A stretch of DNA of 32,000 nt from Alkalilimnicola ehrlichii MLHE-1 (GTDB taxonomy: Bacteria > Pseudomonadota > Gammaproteobacteria > Nitrococcales > Halorhodospiraceae): NCBI RefSeq assembly GCF_000014785.1, contig NC_008340.1, positions 1,920,001 to 1,952,000 of the forward strand, read 5' to 3'. Positions 1 to 9,573 of the stretch are shown piece by piece. Numbering within the stretch: the first letter of the stretch is position 1; every line of letters begins with the position of its first letter. A program made the translations under genes and the position numbers. The notes beneath the pieces are model-generated. The model did no database searches. It saw only the letters and a program-made list of their open reading frames with translations, and was not told the DNA's origin.

Positions 1-77
1 TCCTGCTGGAGCGCTGGCTGTTCTTCGTCGAGGCCCGGCACGTGGTCCGTCACTACAACGTCCGTACCGCCGTCTGA
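1..77 (+). CDS. 3' end of a DMSO-reductase-family membrane anchor subunit (DmsC-like); partial, start lies outside the window
   Basis: The frame starting at nt 3 reads LLERWLFFVEARHVVRHYNVRTAV, with TGA at 75-77. From memory, the ERWLFF.EA motif is typical of the C-terminal helix of DmsC-family anchors. Only 24 residues are visible. Confidence 0.45.
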   Translation, partial: LLERWLFFVEARHVVRHYNVRTAV

Positions 78-167
78 CTTAAGGGGCACTACGCCCCCGT
101 CGCGGTCACCCCAAACGGGCCGCGGCGGGTCGCACGGCCGGTTCGATCGATTGCGGAGGTAAACACC

Positions 168-758
168 GTGGGCAAGATCAAACGTGGCATCCGCTATATA
201 CTGCGGCCGCCCACCAAGCTGGCCACCTGTGCGGTCATCTCGGCCGTGGCCATTGTCGTCCTCGGCTTTTTCGCGTCGGTGAACGCCTTTGTCGCCTTCA
301 CCAACACCTCGGAGTTCTGCGCCTCCTGCCACAGCATCGCCCCCGCGGTGGAGGAGTGGCGGGAGAGCAGCCACTACGCCAACGCCCACGGGGTGCGCGC
401 GGAGTGCGCCGACTGTCATGTCCCGGACACCCTGGGCGCGACCCTGGCGGCCAAGGTTCGGGCGATCAATGACATCTACCACCACTTCGCCGGCACCATT
501 GACACCCCTGAAAAGTTCGAGGAACGCCGGCCGGTGCTGGCGCAACGGGTCTGGGACGCCATGGAGGCGGACGATTCACTGGCCTGCCGTAGTTGCCACA
601 GCTGGGACAGCATGGACCTGGCCCAACAGTCCGGTCGCGGCGGCCGCAACCACCGCGAGGCCATGGAAGAGGGCAAGACCTGCATCAGCTGCCACCAGGG
701 CGTGGTGCACAAGCTCCCGGGCGAGGACGAGGACCCGGGCTTCGACCTCGGTCTTTGA
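168..758 (+). CDS. NapC/NirT-family membrane-anchored tetraheme cytochrome c (quinol dehydrogenase type)
   Basis: 196 aa with an N-terminal TM helix (LATCAVISAVAIVVLGFFASV). Four CxxCH heme motifs: CASCH, CADCH, CRSCH, CISCH. GTG start at 168 follows GGAGG at 155-159. Confidence 0.85.
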   Translation: MGKIKRGIRYILRPPTKLATCAVISAVAIVVLGFFASVNAFVAFTNTSEFCASCHSIAPAVEEWRESSHYANAHGVRAECADCHVPDTLGATLAAKVRAINDIYHHFAGTIDTPEKFEERRPVLAQRVWDAMEADDSLACRSCHSWDSMDLAQQSGRGGRNHREAMEEGKTCISCHQGVVHKLPGEDEDPGFDLGL

Positions 759-821
759 CCTCCCCGATCCACCGGGCCCGGGTCGCCGGAACGCGGCCCG
801 ACCCCCTCCCAAAAGGGATAG

Positions 822-2363
<1,542 letters not shown>

Positions 2364-2375
2364 GAGGTGCCCGCC

Positions 2376-2840
2376 ATGACCCGCCCGATGACCTACCAGA
2401 CCCTGGTCGACGAGGCCCTGCAGCAGGTGCCCGAGGTCTTCCCCTGCGAACTCATGGAGGCCCTGGAGGCCGGTGAAAGGCCACTGCTGTTGGATGTCCG
2501 GGAGCCGGACGAATTCCGGGCCCTGCACATCCCCGGCAGCCTGCACGTGCCGCGGGGGGTGCTCGAGCCGGCGGCCGAGGAAGGTTATGAGGAGACCGAG
2601 CCCGAGCTGGTGGCGGCACGCGACCGGGTCGTGATCCTCATCTGCCGCTCGGGCCGGCGCAGCGCCCTGGCCGGCGTCAACCTCCAGCGCATGGGCTTCG
2701 CCCGGGTACGGTCGCTCAAGCTCGGCCTGAAGGGCTGGAACGCCGACGGCGGCCCCCTGCAGGACCACGAAGACCGACCGCTGGACGACGACGAGGCGGA
2801 GGCCCGGCTCGACGCCGGGGCTGAAGGTGGGGCGCGGTAG
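2376..2840 (+). CDS. Single-domain rhodanese-like sulfurtransferase
   Basis: LLLDVREPDEFRALHIPGSLHVPRG plus the active-site loop CRSGRRS. ATG at 2376 follows AGGAGG at 2363-2368. Only a 12-nt gap after cysG. Acidic C-terminal tail. Confidence 0.8.
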   Translation: MTRPMTYQTLVDEALQQVPEVFPCELMEALEAGERPLLLDVREPDEFRALHIPGSLHVPRGVLEPAAEEGYEETEPELVAARDRVVILICRSGRRSALAGVNLQRMGFARVRSLKLGLKGWNADGGPLQDHEDRPLDDDEAEARLDAGAEGGAR

Positions 2841-2888
2841 CCCCTTCGTGGTCAACCGATCAATGTGAACCAGTACGGAGTAGCGCAC

Positions 2889-3356
2889 ATGGGTATCAGC
2901 AGACGCCTGTTCTTGAAGGGGACCGCGGCCGGCGGCGCCCTGGCGGCCGCGCTCGGCAGCGGCCTGATCACGCTCGGCCAGGCCGTGGCCGGCCAGACCC
3001 GGCCGGGCTTCGCCAGCAATGACATCGACCAGGCCATCCAGGCCCTGTACGGCGATCTACCGCTGGAGGACAGCGATGGGGTGGTCGTGGAGGGCCCGCC
3101 CGGCGTCGCCGACGACGGTGGCCAGGTCCCCATCACCGTCCGCGCGGGGATGAACGAGGTGGAGAGCATCAGCCTGTTCGCCGCGGGCAACCAACCGCCG
3201 CTGCTCGCCAGCTACGACTTCCCCCGCCCCTGTCCCGGCACCTTGGCCACCCGCATCCGGATGGCCGAATCGGCCGATGTAGTGGCGGTCGTCAAGGCGA
3301 ACGGCACCCTCTACCGGGGCGCCAGCTTCGTGCGCATCGGCGCGGCCGGTTGTTGA
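2889..3356 (+). CDS. soxY: Thiosulfate-oxidation sulfur carrier protein SoxY
   Basis: Tat-type signal MGISRRLFLKGTAAGGALAAALG. About 155 aa, with a C-terminal Gly/Ala-Cys arm (...VRIGAAGC-stop). soxZ lies immediately downstream. ATG at 2889 follows GGAG. Confidence 0.8.
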   Translation: MGISRRLFLKGTAAGGALAAALGSGLITLGQAVAGQTRPGFASNDIDQAIQALYGDLPLEDSDGVVVEGPPGVADDGGQVPITVRAGMNEVESISLFAAGNQPPLLASYDFPRPCPGTLATRIRMAESADVVAVVKANGTLYRGASFVRIGAAGC

Positions 3357-3375
3357 ACCAAACCAGGAGGTTCCC

Positions 3376-3663
3376 ATGTCCAGCATCCGCATGCGCAGCC
3401 GGCTGACCGGCGATACCTGCGAACTCCGCGCCATGATCAACCATCCCATGCGCACCCAGGCGCGGGATGGCGTAGACAAATACATCCAGACCCTGGTGGT
3501 GGAACACAACGGCGGGGAGGCCGTACGCGCCCGCTGGGGCAGCGCCATCGCCGAGAACCCCTTCCTCTCCATGGAGATCAGCGGCGTGAGCGAGGGCGAC
3601 ACCCTCACCCTGCGCTGGGAGGACACGGACGGCGACTCCGACACGGCCACCGTCACGGTCTGA
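3376..3663 (+). CDS. soxZ: Thiosulfate-oxidation carrier complex protein SoxZ
   Basis: 95 aa, MSSIRMRSRL..GDTCELRAMINHPMRTQ...NPFLSMEI, which matches the SoxZ length and N-terminal pattern. AGGAGG at 3364-3369. Paired with soxY. Confidence 0.8.
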   Translation: MSSIRMRSRLTGDTCELRAMINHPMRTQARDGVDKYIQTLVVEHNGGEAVRARWGSAIAENPFLSMEISGVSEGDTLTLRWEDTDGDSDTATVTV

Positions 3664-3667
3664 CACC

Positions 3668-4378
3668 ATGGGCGATACCGCGCTGCACCTCGTCGCCGCG
3701 CCCGCCCTGGAGGCCACCGGCCTGCAGGTGGCGCGCGGCGGCCGGCCATTGTTCCGGGGCCTAGGCTTCCGGCTCGCCCGGGGCGGGCTGCTCTGCGTGC
3801 GCGGCGCCAACGGCAGTGGCAAGACCACCCTCCTGCGCACCCTGGCCGGCCTGTCCCGCCCGCACCGAGGCCGGATCCTCCGGGCGGGCCGCTGCATCCG
3901 CCAGGCGGCCAACGACCACCGCGGCACCCTGCAGTACCGCGGCCACCGGGACGGCCTGCGCGGCGCGCTGACCGTGCTGGAGAACCTGCAGTGGCAGGCG
4001 GCGCTCTATCACCACCGCCCGGATCGGGAGGCGGTGCGGACGGCCCTGGCCGGCATGGGCATGGCCCGGCATCTGGACACCCTGGCGTCTCAGCTGTCCC
4101 AAGGGCAGCGCCGCCGGGTGGTGCTGGCCTCGCTGGCACTCTTCCCACGGTGCCGGTTGTGGCTGCTGGACGAGCCCCAGGCGGCGCTGGACGTGGAGGG
4201 GGCAGAGCGCTTCCACGCGCTGCTGGCCCGCCACTGCCAGGAGGGCGGTGCCGTGGTCGCCTGCAGCCACCAACACCTCCGGATTGGGGGCATTCCCTGT
4301 GATGAACTCTGGCTGAGCGATCCCGCCCCCGCCGGGGCACGGAGCGCCGGCGATCGGGTGACGGGTACGGAGGCATGA
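3668..4378 (+). CDS. ccmA: Heme exporter ATP-binding protein CcmA
   Basis: Walker A GANGSGKTTLLR, ABC signature LSQGQRRRV, Walker B LWLLDEP. First gene of the ccm run. Starts 4 nt after the soxZ stop. Confidence 0.85.
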   Translation: MGDTALHLVAAPALEATGLQVARGGRPLFRGLGFRLARGGLLCVRGANGSGKTTLLRTLAGLSRPHRGRILRAGRCIRQAANDHRGTLQYRGHRDGLRGALTVLENLQWQAALYHHRPDREAVRTALAGMGMARHLDTLASQLSQGQRRRVVLASLALFPRCRLWLLDEPQAALDVEGAERFHALLARHCQEGGAVVACSHQHLRIGGIPCDELWLSDPAPAGARSAGDRVTGTEA

Positions 4379-4387
4379 AGGGCCTAC

Positions 4388-5056
4388 ATGTTCCAGGCAT
4401 TCATCGCGCTGCTGCACCGGGACCTGACGCTGGTCATGCGCCGGCGCCAGGACGCCCTCTACGGCATGGCCTTTTTCGTCATCGTGGTCAGCCTCTTCCC
4501 GCTGGGGATGGGGCCCGAGCCGGCGCTGCTCCAGCGCATCGCCCCGGGTGCCATCTGGGCGGCTGCCCTGCTGGCGAGTCTACTCACGCTGGAGCGGCTG
4601 TTCGCGGACGACTGCGGCGAGCACACCCTGGAGTCGCTGCTGCTCGCCCCGCAGCCTCTGTCGTTACTGGTACTGGCCAAACTGGTGGCGCACTGGCTCT
4701 ACGCGGGCCTGCCGCTGGTGGTCATCGCCCCCCTGCTGGGCCTGCAACTCGGACTGGCGCCGGCCGTCCAGCTCACCCTGGTCGTCAGTCTGCTCCTGGG
4801 CACCCCGGTGCTCACCCTGCTGGGCGGCATCGCCGCCGCCCTGACCCTGGGTGCGCGCGCCGGGAACGGGCTGATGGCGCTGGTGCTGCTGCCGCTCTTT
4901 GTCCCGGTGCTGATCCTGGGCAGCGGCGCGGTGGAGCAGAGCCTGCACGGCGCCAGCCCGCAGGGCCACTTGCTGCTGCTGGCCGCGCTGCTGGTGCTGG
5001 CCCTCAGTCTCGCCCCCGCGGCCATTGCCGCGGCGCTACGCATCGCGCTCGATTGA
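4388..5056 (+). CDS. ccmB: Heme exporter membrane protein CcmB
   Basis: 222-aa polytopic membrane protein located between ccmA and ccmC. N-terminus MFQAFIALLHRDLTLVMRRRQD is typical of CcmB. Confidence 0.85.
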   Translation: MFQAFIALLHRDLTLVMRRRQDALYGMAFFVIVVSLFPLGMGPEPALLQRIAPGAIWAAALLASLLTLERLFADDCGEHTLESLLLAPQPLSLLVLAKLVAHWLYAGLPLVVIAPLLGLQLGLAPAVQLTLVVSLLLGTPVLTLLGGIAAALTLGARAGNGLMALVLLPLFVPVLILGSGAVEQSLHGASPQGHLLLLAALLVLALSLAPAAIAAALRIALD

Positions 5057-5105
5057 TCATGCCGTTCCCGGCCGCCACCGCCGTCGACTGGCAGGAGTAC
5101 TGATC

Positions 5106-5921
5106 ATGTCGCGGATACGCTGGTTCAAGTTCGCCGCCCCGGCTCACTTCCACGCCCTGACCGGCACCCTGCTGCCCTGGCTGTGGGCCGCCGCCCTGGC
5201 GTTCACGGCCACCGGGCTCTACGTGGGGTTCGTGATCGCCCCACCCGACTATCAGCAGGGCGACAGCTACCGCATCATGTGGCTGCACGTCCCGGCCGCC
5301 TGGATGGCCATGCTCGCCTATTTCCTGATGGCCGGGTACGGCCTCATTCACCTGGTCTGGCGTATCAAGCTGGCGCGCATCATGGCCTCGGCCCTGGCCC
5401 CCACCGGCCTGCTGTTTGCATTCCTGGCGCTCTGGAGCGGGGCGCTATGGGGCAAGCCCACCTGGGGCGCCTATTGGGTCTGGGACGCCCGGCTCACCTC
5501 CTCGCTGATCCTGCTCTTCCTCTACCTGGGCTACCTCGCCCTGGACAGCGCCTTCGAGGACCGGGAGCGGTCCGGGCAGGCCGCCTCCCTGCTGGCGGTG
5601 GTGGGGGTGATCAATCTGCCGATCATCTATTTCTCGGTGCAGTGGTGGAACACCCTGCATCAGGGGGCCTCCATCACCCTTTCCGAGGCCCCCACCATGA
5701 GCGCCAGCATGCTCGCCGCCCTGCTGCTGACCACGGTGGGCTGCTGGGCCTATACCGCCGCTGCGGCCCTGCACCGCGCCCGCAGCATGGTCCTGGAACA
5801 GGCGGGCAACAGCCATTGGGTACGCCGGCTGCGCCAGGGTCACCGGCCCGCCGCCGCCAGGGGGCGTCCGGCCCGCCTGGCGGCCACGCCCATCGGCGAC
5901 CTGCTGGGGAGGCGCCCATGA
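5106..5921 (+). CDS. ccmC: Heme exporter / heme lyase subunit CcmC
   Basis: Trp-rich heme-handling motif WGKPTWGAYWVWDARLTSS. ATG at 5106 follows CAGGAG. The ORF-track start at 5025 overlaps ccmB and is rejected. Confidence 0.9.
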   Translation: MSRIRWFKFAAPAHFHALTGTLLPWLWAAALAFTATGLYVGFVIAPPDYQQGDSYRIMWLHVPAAWMAMLAYFLMAGYGLIHLVWRIKLARIMASALAPTGLLFAFLALWSGALWGKPTWGAYWVWDARLTSSLILLFLYLGYLALDSAFEDRERSGQAASLLAVVGVINLPIIYFSVQWWNTLHQGASITLSEAPTMSASMLAALLLTTVGCWAYTAAAALHRARSMVLEQAGNSHWVRRLRQGHRPAAARGRPARLAATPIGDLLGRRP

Positions 5922-6064
5922 TCGAGTGGCTGCACATGGGGGGCCACGGCCTCTACATCTGGGGCGTCTACGGGCTGGCGGCCCTGCTCCTGATCCTCGA
6001 GATTCGGCAGCTCCGTGCGCGCCACCGGCGGGCCCTGGCATCCCGGGAGGAGGACGAGACATGA
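5918..6064 (+). CDS. ccmD: Heme exporter small membrane protein CcmD
   Basis: 48 aa with a single TM (LYIWGVYGLAALLLILEI) and a basic tail. ATGA start/stop overlaps with both ccmC and ccmE. Canonical position in the operon. Confidence 0.7.
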   Translation: MIEWLHMGGHGLYIWGVYGLAALLLILEIRQLRARHRRALASREEDET

Positions 6065-6537
6065 AGCCGCGCCACCGCCGACTGACCCTGATCGCCCTGG
6101 TGCTGGGGGGGCTGGGCCTGTCCGCGGGCCTCGCGCTGACCGCCTTTCAGGACAACCTGGTGTTCTTCTTCACGCCCTCGGAGGTCATGGCGCGGGAGGC
6201 ACCCATCGACCGGCCCATCCGCATCGGCGGCCTGGTCAAGGCGGGCAGTGTCGAGCGCGAGGCGGCGAGCGCCCGCGTCCATTTCAAGGTCACCGACACC
6301 GCCGAGTCGATCACGGTCAGCTATGACGGCATCCTGCCCGATCTCTTCCGCGAGGGTCAGGGCGTGGTGGCGCAGGGCCGCCTGGGCGCCGACGGCCGGT
6401 TCCACGCCACCCAGGTACTGGCCCGCCACGACGAGACCTACATGCCCGCCGAGGCCAAGGAGGCCCTGGACCGTATCGGCCAGGGCAATGGCACACCCGG
6501 CCCGGACGGCCATCCGGAGACCACCACCGCTTACTGA
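6061..6537 (+). CDS. ccmE: Cytochrome c-type biogenesis heme chaperone CcmE
   Basis: N-terminal anchor MKPRHRRLTLIALVLGGLGL, FFFTPSEV, and the heme-binding His context VLARHDETYMP. Confidence 0.9.
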   Translation: MKPRHRRLTLIALVLGGLGLSAGLALTAFQDNLVFFFTPSEVMAREAPIDRPIRIGGLVKAGSVEREAASARVHFKVTDTAESITVSYDGILPDLFREGQGVVAQGRLGADGRFHATQVLARHDETYMPAEAKEALDRIGQGNGTPGPDGHPETTTAY

Positions 6538-6551
6538 CCGGGAGGGCCGAG

Positions 6552-8552
6552 GTGATTGCTGAAACCGGACAACTGGCCCTGGCATTGGCGCTGGCCCTGG
6601 CCCTGGTTCAGGCGGTGCTGCCCCTGGCCGGTGCCGCCCGCGGGGACCGCCGTTGGATGGCGGCTGGCCACTGGATGGCCTGGGGGGTGTTGCTATTCCT
6701 GGCCACCGCCTACGCCTGCCTGACCACCGCCTTTGTCCAGTACGACTTCAGCGTGGCCTATGTGGCCCAGCACGCCAACCTGGCGCTGCCACTTCACTAC
6801 CGCGTCACCGCAGTCTGGGGCGGCCACGAGGGCTCACTGCTGCTCTGGGTGCTCATCCTGGCACTCTGGACCGTCGCGGTCAGCCACTTCAGCCGCAGCC
6901 TGCCCCGGACCATGGTCGCCCGGATTATCGCCGTGTTGGGGGCGGTGACCGTGGGCTTTCTCGCCTTCATGATCTTCACCTCCAACCCCTTCGACCGCCT
7001 GATCCCGGCACCGCTGGACGGCCGCGATCTCAACCCGCTGCTGCAGGACCCGGGGATGATCTTCCACCCGCCGCTGCTCTACATGGGCTATGTCGGGTTC
7101 TCGGTCACCTTCGCCTTCGCCATCGCCGCCCTGCTCAACGGCCGGCTCGACGCCGCCTGGGCCCGCTGGTCCCGGCCCTGGGCCGCGGTGGCGTGGGCCT
7201 TCCTCACCCTCGGCATCGCCCTGGGCAGCTGGTGGGCCTATTACGAGCTCGGCTGGGGCGGCTGGTGGTTCTGGGACCCGGTGGAGAACGCCTCGCTCAT
7301 GCCCTGGCTCACCGGCACGGCGCTGATCCATTCGCTGGCGGTCACCGACAAACGCGGCGGCTTTCGCGTCTGGACCCTGATGCTGGCCATTGTCACCTTC
7401 GGTCTGACGCTGCTGGGCGCCTTCCTGGTGCGCTCCGGGGTAATCACCTCGGTGCACGCCTTCGCCACCGACCCCGAGCGCGGCACCTTCATCCTCGCCT
7501 TCCTGGTCCTCAGCATGGGGCTCGCCCTGGCCCTGTACACCTGGCGCGCCCCCCGGGTGGGCCCGGGCCCCGCCTTCGGCTACCTGTCGCGGGAGTCCGG
7601 CCTGCTCGCCAACAACCTGCTGCTGGCGGTGGCCACGCTCACGGTGCTGCTGGGCACCCTCTATCCGCTGGCCATGGACGCCTTGGGCGGCGGGCGCATT
7701 TCGGTGGGGCCGCCCTATTTCGAGGCGGTCTTCACACCGGTGATGCTGCCGCTGCTGGTCCTCATGGGGCTGGGGCCGCTGCTGCGCTGGAAGCTGCATG
7801 CCCCCGGCGAGCTCGCCCGCGCCATCGCCGGCATCGTGGTCGCCGCCGGGGTCATCGGCGGGCTCTGGCCGCTGGCCCTGGGCGCCTGGTCGCCGCTCAC
7901 CGCCCTGAGTACCGTCATCGCCAGCTTTATCCTGCTGGCCATCGCCCTGGACCTGCACGGCCGGCTCCGCCCGGCGACACCGGGCTGGATCGGGCTGCGC
8001 CGTCGGCTCAAGGGGCTGAAGCCGCACTACCTGGGCATGCACCTGGCCCACGCCGGGGTGGCGGTCTTTCTCATCGGGGTGGCGATGGTCAGCACCTACG
8101 AGGTAGAGCGGGACGTGCGCCTGGCCCCGGGCGACGAGGTGACCGTAGCCGGTTACACCTTCACCTTCCTCGGCACCCACGAGCGGGTGGGCAGCAACTT
8201 CCTGGCCGACACCGGGCGGGTGACCGTGACCCGGGACGGTCAGGCGATCGCCCGGCTGCATCCGGAGAAGCGCCACTACCCCAGCCAGTCGATGCCCATG
8301 ACCCAGGCCGCGCTCGACCGCGGCCTGTTCCGCGATCTCTATGTCTCGCTCGGCGACCCATTGGACGACGGGGCCTGGGTGGTGCGCGTCTACTACAAGC
8401 CCTACATGACCTGGCTCTGGGGCGGCTGCCTGTTCTTGACCCTGGGGGCCCTGCTTGCCGCCACCGACCGGCGCTACCGACTGGTGCGCGCCCCCCGGAC
8501 CCGACCGGCCCGCCCGGCAGGAGCGCTTCGCCCCGGGGAGGCGTCATGCTGA
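6552..8552 (+). CDS. ccmF: Cytochrome c heme lyase subunit CcmF
   Basis: 666-aa polytopic protein. WWAYYELGWGGWWFWDPVENASLMPW is the WWD-type heme-handling motif. GTG start at 6552 follows GGAGGG. Confidence 0.92.
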   Translation: MIAETGQLALALALALALVQAVLPLAGAARGDRRWMAAGHWMAWGVLLFLATAYACLTTAFVQYDFSVAYVAQHANLALPLHYRVTAVWGGHEGSLLLWVLILALWTVAVSHFSRSLPRTMVARIIAVLGAVTVGFLAFMIFTSNPFDRLIPAPLDGRDLNPLLQDPGMIFHPPLLYMGYVGFSVTFAFAIAALLNGRLDAAWARWSRPWAAVAWAFLTLGIALGSWWAYYELGWGGWWFWDPVENASLMPWLTGTALIHSLAVTDKRGGFRVWTLMLAIVTFGLTLLGAFLVRSGVITSVHAFATDPERGTFILAFLVLSMGLALALYTWRAPRVGPGPAFGYLSRESGLLANNLLLAVATLTVLLGTLYPLAMDALGGGRISVGPPYFEAVFTPVMLPLLVLMGLGPLLRWKLHAPGELARAIAGIVVAAGVIGGLWPLALGAWSPLTALSTVIASFILLAIALDLHGRLRPATPGWIGLRRRLKGLKPHYLGMHLAHAGVAVFLIGVAMVSTYEVERDVRLAPGDEVTVAGYTFTFLGTHERVGSNFLADTGRVTVTRDGQAIARLHPEKRHYPSQSMPMTQAALDRGLFRDLYVSLGDPLDDGAWVVRVYYKPYMTWLWGGCLFLTLGALLAATDRRYRLVRAPRTRPARPAGALRPGEASC

Positions 8553-9073
8553 GGGCCGGGCTGCCACTGCTGGTGCTACTCTCACTGGCCGCCCTGCTCT
8601 GGGTCGGCCTGGGGCTGAACCCGCGGGCCATTCCCTCGCCGCTCATCGACCGCGAGGCGCCCGCGTTCCACCTGCCCGATCTACAGGACCCCACCCGCAC
8701 CGTGAGCCGGGACGACCTGCTGGGCCGGGTGACGGTGGTGAATGTCTGGGCCAGTTGGTGCACCAGTTGCCGCCAGGAGCACCCGGTGCTGCAGCAACTG
8801 GCGGACCGGGGTGTGCACCTGATCGGCCTGAACTACAAAGACGACCCGGCGGCAGCCCGGGAGCTGCTGGCGGAGGCCGGCAACCCCTACGCCCGCACCG
8901 CCCGGGACGGCGACGGCCGGGCCGGGATCGACTGGGGGGTTTACGCCACGCCGGAGACCTTTGTGGTGGACCGGGAGGGCGTGGTCCGCCACAAGCACAC
9001 CGGTCCGCTGACCGCCGAGATCGCACGGGAACAGATCCTGCCCCTGATCCGCGAACTGGAGGCCACCCCATGA
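8546..9073 (+). CDS. ccmG: Thiol:disulfide interchange protein CcmG/DsbE
   Basis: Membrane anchor, thioredoxin motif WASWCTSC, and the GVYATPETFVVD motif. This is only the last 175 codons of the 6653-9073 ORF. ATG at 8546 overlaps the ccmF end by 7 nt. Confidence 0.9.
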   Translation: MLRAGLPLLVLLSLAALLWVGLGLNPRAIPSPLIDREAPAFHLPDLQDPTRTVSRDDLLGRVTVVNVWASWCTSCRQEHPVLQQLADRGVHLIGLNYKDDPAAARELLAEAGNPYARTARDGDGRAGIDWGVYATPETFVVDREGVVRHKHTGPLTAEIAREQILPLIRELEATP

Positions 9074-9573
9074 AGCGAGCGCCAATGCTCGACACCCGCG
9101 CCGCCCACCTGGCCGCCCTGGGGCTGATCCTGCTGGCGCTGCTGGCGCCGCCGGCGGCCGCCATCCCGGTGGGCACCCCGCTGACCTTCGACAACGAGAC
9201 CCAGGCGCAGCGCTACCAGACGCTGATCCGCGAGCTGCGCTGCACCGTCTGCCAGAACCAATCGCTGCTCGACTCCAACGCCGCCCTGGCCCGCGATCTC
9301 CGTCGCCAGATTTACGAAATGGTGCGCGACGGCCACAGCCGACGGCGGATCGAGCAGTTCATGGTCGACCGGTACGGCGACTACGTCCTTTACCGCCCCC
9401 CGCTGCGGGCGGCCACCTGGCTGCTCTGGGGCGGCCCCTTTCTACTGCTGGCCCTGGGCGCCGGTCTCTATCTGGCCGTCCTGCGCCGGCATAGCCGGGG
9501 GGGCGGCCACACCGCGCCGCTGACCGCAGAGGAACGGGCACGGCTCCAGGCAATCGACAGGAGGTTGACATGA
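9070..9573 (+). CDS. ccmH: Cytochrome c-type biogenesis protein CcmH
   Basis: Signal peptide, LRCTVCQNQSLLDSNA (LRCxxCQ motif), and a C-terminal TM. ATGA overlap with ccmG. Confidence 0.88.
   Translation: MKRAPMLDTRAAHLAALGLILLALLAPPAAAIPVGTPLTFDNETQAQRYQTLIRELRCTVCQNQSLLDSNAALARDLRRQIYEMVRDGHSRRRIEQFMVDRYGDYVLYRPPLRAATWLLWGGPFLLLALGAGLYLAVLRRHSRGGGHTAPLTAEERARLQAIDRRLT

Noticed and set aside
3057-4400. Long minus-strand and alternative-frame ORFs across soxYZ/ccmA. The same applies to similar ones at 476-1354, 882-2000, 2031-2888, 6834-8276, 9468-10364, 9877-11070, 11091-12767, 13033-14676, 15954-17393, 19636-20439, 21640-22515 and 27829-28932.
   Set aside because: All overlap confidently identified genes. 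They have Arg/Pro/Gly/Ala-dominated composition and lack RBS or motif support. They are high-GC artefacts.
5059-5103. 14-codon mini-ORF (MPFPAATAVDWQEY) between ccmB and ccmC.
   Set aside because: It is the tail of an out-of-frame ORF with no RBS of its own. The region is more simply the ccmC ribosome-binding region (CAGGAG at 5092-5097).
6653-9073. 806-aa plus-strand ORF overlapping ccmF in another frame.
   Set aside because: Only its last 175 codons (from the ATG at 8546) form a real protein, CcmG with WCTSC. The upstream part is Pro/Arg/Gly-rich out-of-frame read-through of ccmF.
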